Assembly: GCA_025603075.1 (NCBI GenBank)
Contig: MU626348.1
Coordinates: 1 to 64,000 of the forward strand
Reading direction: 5' to 3'
DNA: 64,000 bases
From: Neoconidiobolus thromboides FSU 785
Lineage: Eukaryota > Fungi > Entomophthoromycota
This document shows positions 57,723-64,000 of this stretch, piece after piece. Under the pieces are notes generated by a model, which saw only the letters and a program-made list of their open reading frames with translations, ran no database searches and was not told the DNA's origin. Numbering within the stretch: the stretch's first letter is position 1; every line of letters begins with the position of its first letter. The position numbers and the translations under genes were made by a program.

Positions 57723-59669
57723 TTAACAAAGTATATTACTAAATGTGGTCTTGAGTTTTGAGGGCAATTGAAGAGAATTAATAGCTGATTTTACTTTATT
57801 TACAGTGAACTCTATATCCATCCTATCTTTATCTTTAGTAAGGCTCATCCCTAATTTATAAATTTGGAGCAATTCTATGATATTTATTTCAATTATATTG
57901 ATAGCTTCATTGCCAATTAAACCTGAGGTAGGGATAGACGGAGAAGAAAGTATTTGTAATAAAGCATAAAACGAAAACAGTGGATACCTAAATTCCAAAT
58001 TATACATTATTATTAAACAATCATAGGTATTATAATTAATAACATGATGAGGTTGACTTTCGATATAGTCAGAAATTATCTTATATGTTTTTTCGTTTTG
58101 CAAGTTATCTATGTTCATTTTCTTAAATATATCCTTAAAATAAACAAAAGCTAAAGCCCTATATATAAATAATGTCCTTAATGAAGTCTCTAATAAAGTT
58201 GGTATATATGTTAATGGAATATCTAGTTGAATTGGTGTTTTATACATAGTTGGATATATTAAAAATAATTGGTGAAAATAAATTGATAGGCTTTTTCTAA
58301 TTTCATGAACTGTTTTGAATATACATGAATAATTACTAGAAAAGAGACATAAATAATTATCTATATTTATAGGCTCATTCCTATTTGTAATAATATTATT
58401 TAATGATTTAATTGAGCTCTTATAATATTTGTTAATATAATTTTGAACAAGATTAAATTTATCAAATGGCAAAATGAGTTTTGAATATGGTATATCATTT
58501 ATATTCTTAACTCCTTTGAGATTTTTCTCACGATGATCAAATATTAATGCATGTACTATAATCATTTGATTCTTATATAAACCGAGGGCTTTTTTACAAC
58601 CATTTTTTTCATGATTAGTTTCTTTAAGTTGTCTCGCAGTTAAATGATAAATAAATTCAAATCCAGAAAGATCAAATTCTTTAATAAGTGGAAAATCACC
58701 ATAAAACTCTTCACTAACTTTAGCTGAAAGTGCAATCCATGCCCATAATTTTTTCAAATCAACTAGGTATTTGATTTCCTTTTCACTTTTATTATATATT
58801 TCGTGATTAATTGAGTCTAGTTTATCGATCCCTAATATATATGACATCCTTACAAGTGAGCCTAAAATTTGATAAGATAGTTGATAATTGCTTTGAACCA
58901 GAAAAATATCGTATAGTACACCTAATGCCTTAAGGCTCTCAAAACTAGAATTATAGCAAGATTGAGAAATCAGAGGAAGTACACTATTTAAACAATTATG
59001 ATAAATCTCACCAAAATTGTTTCCTGGTAAGATTGTGTACTCAAAGCTCAATGATGTTATTATTGCTCTTGACATAAATCCTGGCTTTATTTGCTTTATG
59101 TACGAGACCAATTCTTTAGGCTCAAAATAAAAACCTGTTCCATAAACAAAGCAATCATGGTAATGTATACTAGTTTCTAAAAATGATCCATAGTCAAATG
59201 AATTTGGGGAATTTCCCACATGTTCAGTCCCTCTTCCAGCTCGGTTCCTTAAAGCTATATAATTAGAAGATGAAGAAAATTGATCACTTAAAGTTTCCTC
59301 AATTAAATAAAGTTTTCTTTTTAATGTTATCCCCTGATCACTCAAGTAGCTATCATCCTTCATATCATCTATGTTTTTATGTTTAAGCGTTTCTAGTACC
59401 CATTTCAAATATACCTTTAGTTCCAAAGCTGCATTTTGACTATAAAAAAGAGATTGTGGATACGAAAGAGGAAAATCATCATCACTAAATGAATCCAAAG
59501 TTTCAATCAATTTAAATATTCTACATAGCTGAGTCCCAAGCTCCTTTATTCCATTTTTCAAATCTTCCTCTCTTTGTTTTTGTTGAATTCTATCCTTCTG
59601 TCTCTTTTTACTTTTTACGATCTTGTTATTTACAAATGAACAGTTGATTACTCTAAATTCTTTTAACAT
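57723..59669 (-). CDS. 648-aa protein with a fungal transcription-factor middle-homology-region (Fungal_trans)-like segment; no Zn2Cys6 domain visible
   Basis: Long intronless ORF; SYQILGSLVRMSYILGIDKL...DLKKLWAWI resembles the MHR consensus A..Y.G.A.RMA..LGLH...RRRLWW; basic coiled N-terminus. Confidence 0.55.
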   Translation of the reverse strand: MLKEFRVINCSFVNNKIVKSKKRQKDRIQQKQREEDLKNGIKELGTQLCRIFKLIETLDSFSDDDFPLSYPQSLFYSQNAALELKVYLKWVLETLKHKNIDDMKDDSYLSDQGITLKRKLYLIEETLSDQFSSSSNYIALRNRAGRGTEHVGNSPNSFDYGSFLETSIHYHDCFVYGTGFYFEPKELVSYIKQIKPGFMSRAIITSLSFEYTILPGNNFGEIYHNCLNSVLPLISQSCYNSSFESLKALGVLYDIFLVQSNYQLSYQILGSLVRMSYILGIDKLDSINHEIYNKSEKEIKYLVDLKKLWAWIALSAKVSEEFYGDFPLIKEFDLSGFEFIYHLTARQLKETNHEKNGCKKALGLYKNQMIIVHALIFDHREKNLKGVKNINDIPYSKLILPFDKFNLVQNYINKYYKSSIKSLNNIITNRNEPINIDNYLCLFSSNYSCIFKTVHEIRKSLSIYFHQLFLIYPTMYKTPIQLDIPLTYIPTLLETSLRTLFIYRALAFVYFKDIFKKMNIDNLQNEKTYKIISDYIESQPHHVINYNTYDCLIIMYNLEFRYPLFSFYALLQILSSPSIPTSGLIGNEAINIIEINIIELLQIYKLGMSLTKDKDRMDIEFTVNKVKSAINSLQLPSKLKTTFSNILC

Positions 59670-59845
59670 TGTTGGTAATCTAATTTAACTCTTAAGTACT
59701 ATTGGGGTATTAATTTACTCTAAATATTTTCAAAAAGGCTTTAATAACTGATTTGATATCAACAATATCAAAAGATTATATTTGTTACAATTGCCTTGTA
59801 TCAAATTTATTATATATTCTTATTGGTTGGTAAATTTTAAAAAAT

Positions 59846-59942
59846 GGTGATGTATTTTGTATTTAAGGATTTTACTAACAAATGTTCTACTCAAATAGCG
59901 TTTAAAAGATGAAAAAAGTAATGAAGCCAAAAAAACATCTCC
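59846..59942 (+). mobile_element. MITE family copy with AAAT TSD
   Basis: aaat|GGTGATGTATTTTG...AAACATCTCC|aaat. Confidence 0.9.
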
Positions 59943-60569
59943 AAATAGTTTTACCAAACATTTGTTCAGATTGTTCCTAAAAGCTGATTTAATAAATCAG
60001 CTACTGACAATTTCTTGACTACTCAATTGTATGTCTTAAAGCAAACCTCAAATAAAAAACTGTAAAAAAAGTTTTTTTGAATAAGACACTAGAGATAATA
60101 AACTAAGTCGCTGATTTTCAGGCTCTTCCAAACTCATAGCCTAAGATGCCATTGGATTAATCAATCATCTAAGGTTTTTATATTTTTATTTGATTTGCAA
60201 GATGTTTGGATTCTTCAATGGCAAAAATGATACGTATTTATTTAATAAAAACAATTGATATTCATATAAGGCTATGGATATACCATTGCTCTTATTTAAT
60301 TCTATCCGTTGTTACTCTTTGACTTAAACAAACTTTAGTGCTTTTAAGTACTATGTTTCTATATAATAACAGTACATCAATATGTCAATATTTTATCTTA
60401 CGAACATAATTATAGTTATGTGACTATAAAGAATATCTAACATTCACAATAAATTGACAGAATGGATAAATAATTTTAAAAGTATGATACGTTATAATGC
60501 TTCTATAACTCTAATTACTTTAATTCTCAGTGAGATAAGATACAAAGTACCAAAATCAGATCATGATTT

Positions 60570-60668
60570 GGGGATGTATTTTTGTATTTAAGAATTTTAC
60601 TAACAAACTTTCCACTTAAATAGCACTTAAAAAATGGAAAAAATAATGAAGTAAAAAAAAACACTCCC
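60570..60668 (+). mobile_element. MITE family copy with ATTT TSD
   Basis: attt|GGGGATGTATTTTTG...ACACTCCC|attt. Confidence 0.92.
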
Positions 60669-60720
60669 ATTTGATAACTATAACATTTAGTATTCAAATT
60701 TATAAAATTTTATTTAAAAT

Positions 60721-61911
60721 TCAAGTAGCTCCATTAAATGCAATACGGTTTGGAGTTTGGTTTCCAGGGTTAGTGACCAAGCCTGTAGTTGCCAAAGTCA
60801 AGATTTTTTTGGTTACAGTGTCTGGATTTAAAGATTCATTTGAATAAAAGTAAGCAGCAAGCCCAGCAACATGTGGGGAAGCAAAAGCGGAGCCAGTTAA
60901 AGTTTTTAATCCACCATCATTCCATGTAGAAATAACGTTTTGTCAAGGGGCATATAAGTCGACACAAGTACCATAGTTAGATGAAAGGGACCCAGAGTCA
61001 TTCATATTCAAAGCTGCAACGTTGATGGCTTCTGGAGTAGACCCAGGCGAAAAATTGCATGCATCGCTATTACTATTTCCAACCGCAGTTACTATACTAA
61101 CGCCATTCAGATGTGCTGATTTTACAGCGCTATTTAAAGCCTGTGATAAACTACCACCGATTGAAAGATTGATAACGTTTCCTCTTTTCCCTCTTTTATC
61201 TTTTACCACCCAATTAATACCAGCTATTACATTTGATGTAGCGCCTGCACCTGTGGAATCTAAAACTTTCACAGCTATAAGTTGCGCCTTTTTAGCTACA
61301 CCATAAGTTTTAGCTCCAACAATACCAGCAACAAAGGTGCCTTGTCCATGGTTATCATTGTTGCTTGGGTCTGATGAAAATTTGGCACCAAAGATAGCAC
61401 GGCCTTCAAATTCTGGATGAGAAGTGTATATCCCTGTGTCAGCAATATAAACTGAAACTCCAGAACCATCCCCGAAATAAGTGTAATCATCAGTTAACAA
61501 AACTTTTTGCGAAATTCTTGCTAAATTCCAAGGAGCATGTGGTTGAATTGAACTAATACTCATAGTGTCAGTTTTTTCATTAGATTTGACTTTTACAATA
61601 CTATCGTTTTCAACATAAGAAACTTCTGGTAAGGAACGAACTTGAGCAACCACTTCATTAGAAAGCTGTGCTGAATAGAAATTGCCCAAAGAGTTATATA
61701 TATAGTTGATTTTATTCTGTCCAGAACGATTTTTGAATAATGAACGGACACTATTTAAATGAGAATCAAGAGTAATACGATTACTATCCTTAAGCTTAAT
61801 GATATAACTTCCTTCAATTATTCCATTCTCAGAAGCTATCAATGAATCAAAAGCTGAAACAGAAGATAGGAGGAGGAAGTTTGAAATATGAACAGAGATA
61901 AAAAATTTCAT
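60721..61911 (-). pseudogene. Proteinase K-like S8 subtilisin with I9 propeptide; catalytic His and Ser substituted, and an in-frame TGA at 60943-60945
   Basis: Signal peptide, I9 (YIIKLK...VSYVEND), DTG, DNHGQGTFVAG, INLSIGG, GN, VDLYAP*QNVIST..., TLTGSAFASPHVAG; the frame continues to RIAFNGAT* at 60721. Confidence 0.85.
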
Positions 61912-64000
61912 TTTAATATACTTAAACTTTTTTTTTGCATATTGCTCGTATTTATAGTTTGTTTATATGATGACGCTCATGGCCTGTAAATGTTGTAATT
62001 CAAGATGTCAACCATAAACCATTTATGCGAAAAAGCGTTATTTTTTATGTTGTGTTATCATTATTTAATATTACTTGTCTCTCAGATCAGCAGGAAATGT
62101 AAAACATTTTTATATATAATTAGCAAGCAAACTTCTATTATTAGCAAATCTAATAATTAGACCGCTATTTCAGATCCTTCTTAACCCGGCTGTATATTCA
62201 TTTTTGGATTTTTACATTAAGTCACACGGTAAATCAATTTCTAGATACTTTAGTTTCTGTAAGAATTCTCTACATCCAATGAATATTCTGAGTGCAGCTA
62301 TATACCAAACATAAACAACTTACACAATAAACCATTAATTTTAATCTAATATTGCCTGTCTCAGAAATCAGTAGGAAATACAGTGTTCTTCATTCCATTC
62401 AGCAAGAAAAGTTTCAGCAAAAGTATTAAATGTGTAGCTACTTTTTCGGGGGTTTAGGTTTAAAATAACTATTGAATATTTTTAGGAGGAAGTTTGTACA
62501 GAATTAAACATATAGCAAGGATTTCAATGCAAAATATTCAACCAGTTTGAAAAAGATTTTAAGCTTATTATTAGTGGGTAATAAAAGAGTAATCCTCATT
62601 CAGTTAACTTCTAAATCCAAAATAATATGGAAATAAAAATCAAACACATAACTATCAAAAAAAGGAAAACCGAACTCCTAAGACTAAGAAACTAAGGACT
62701 AAATCTACAAAGAGATCATCTTAATCCATAATTGAATCTACGCTTAAAAGTCCATGTAAAAAAATCTCGATAATGAGTTGTATTTCTACAGCCTATTAAC
62801 AAATCAACTAATTTAATAAATAAATCAATATATTTCATTAATATTTCCGAGGAATTTCCATAGAGCTTTAAAATTTGAAAAGACTGAATCTTTCTTTAGT
62901 GCTTAAACTCCGTAGTATTTCTTTTTATTACCCAGAGTTTTATTAATATCTGGGTATTGCTTTTTATTCAAAATTTTTGCCTTATTTTTCTTGTGGGACA
63001 TTATATTTTACCTATTATTAAATTCAAATCATAAATTCAGGAGCGAATTTGAAAAATAATTTCGTTCCCAGCCAATTAACATGGACTAAAGTAATCCAGC
63101 TTAAAATAATTGGATAGATCATAGATTAAGTGTCTATTTTATTGATCAGCCTACAAAATAAAAGTAAAAATTAAGCTAATTTTAATTTAAAAATTGATCA
63201 TCCAAATAAACTTTAATAATAAGAATTTAAGCCACATTCACTATTTTATTAAAACTTATCGAAATATTATTACAATTTCTTTTTTTATTTTATTCACTTA
63301 TGTCTAATAAAGAAGCTACCTTTTTACCTTTACAACAGAGAGTTGTTGTCTTAATTAAAGTAACCAATTTCTATTACTATTTTATTATTTTTTGTTAACA
63401 ACTATTAAAATAGAAACTCGATGGTCTTTGGTTTTTATTAAATATAACGGGGCTCACATTTAGCTTAATATATACGCTATTGCCAATATTATTTGACAAA
63501 GACAAATTATTATTAATATATAAGTCTATCTTTTTAATATCTTTATTATCGGATAGTTTGATATTCCTTAAATATTTTGGTGTAAGTACTATCATTTTAT
63601 TTATTACTTATAACTTACTCTGTTTATAGTTAAAAGGTTTTAAGTTTGGCTTCAAACCTTTACTATCTTTACTTAACTGGGAGCCTTTTTGTTACTTAGT
63701 CTATTCAGCTATATTTTTAAATTTAAGTTTTACCTATGGTAATACAGCTTTATGATATAATAATGACACTTATTAAATTAATTAGGATCAACATTACCAA
63801 TTAGTATAAGATATTTGAAAAATAGCATAAACTTTATAAGAAAAGATATATTAATATTAATTGAGCCAGCAATACAAAAGGAATTAATAAGATATAAATT
63901 AAATCCTGATCAAAAATTAGATATAAAATTATCTAACATTTATTTGAAGCTACAATCTATTATTTTAACTTTGACCCCAATTTTATTAAAGTTAAACATA

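Noticed and set aside
524-60668. Dispersed repeat as a CRISPR-like array or structured ncRNA family
   Set aside because: Spacing is irregular, both orientations occur, and TIRs with variable 4-bp TSDs and an insertion into a gene identify it as a DNA transposon derivative.
60943-60945. TGA read as Gly (also GGA to TGA in the Kelch pseudogene near 29417), suggesting an alternative genetic code
   Set aside because: TGA is a true stop elsewhere (109-111, 5084-5086, and the subtilisin's own end at 60721-60723). G-to-T point mutation or sequencing error is sufficient.
1-64000. tRNA, rRNA, snRNA or U12-type introns
   Set aside because: No T-loop/cloverleaf, rRNA-like segment or RTATCCTT donor inside genes was found by eye. 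tRNAscan-SE and Infernal would be needed to exclude them fully.

Overview
Very AT-rich eukaryotic DNA, fungal by gene content: TOP1, UTP4, MED27, an NTR2-like gene, a Crh/Utr2-type GH16, a proteinase-K-type S8 protein and class 3 lipases. Housekeeping genes have many short (~45-60 nt) GT-AG introns, while secreted-protein genes are intronless. This pattern and the rhodopsin-like 7TM genes suggest an early-diverging fungus such as Conidiobolus s.l. (inference only). The window also holds four class-3 lipase copies (one spanning a 425-N gap), one intact and one dead GPCR, two cytochrome b561-like genes, a GNAT, several unannotatable Tyr-rich secreted proteins and a Kelch-like type I membrane protein. 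Main discoveries: (1) a ~97-bp MITE family with ~32 copies, GGGG...CCCC termini and 4-bp target-site duplications, resembling the Sola superfamily; (2) a secreted protein with an LPMO-like His-brace signature at 52.1 kb; (3) a subtilisin with catalytic His and Ser both replaced, plus one in-frame TGA; (4) a decayed inverted duplicate (27.0-29.6 kb) of the two-gene block at 55.4-59.7 kb; (5) a b561 paralog that keeps only one of the two His pairs. No rRNA, tRNA or CRISPR was seen. All alignments were done by eye; no database searches were run.
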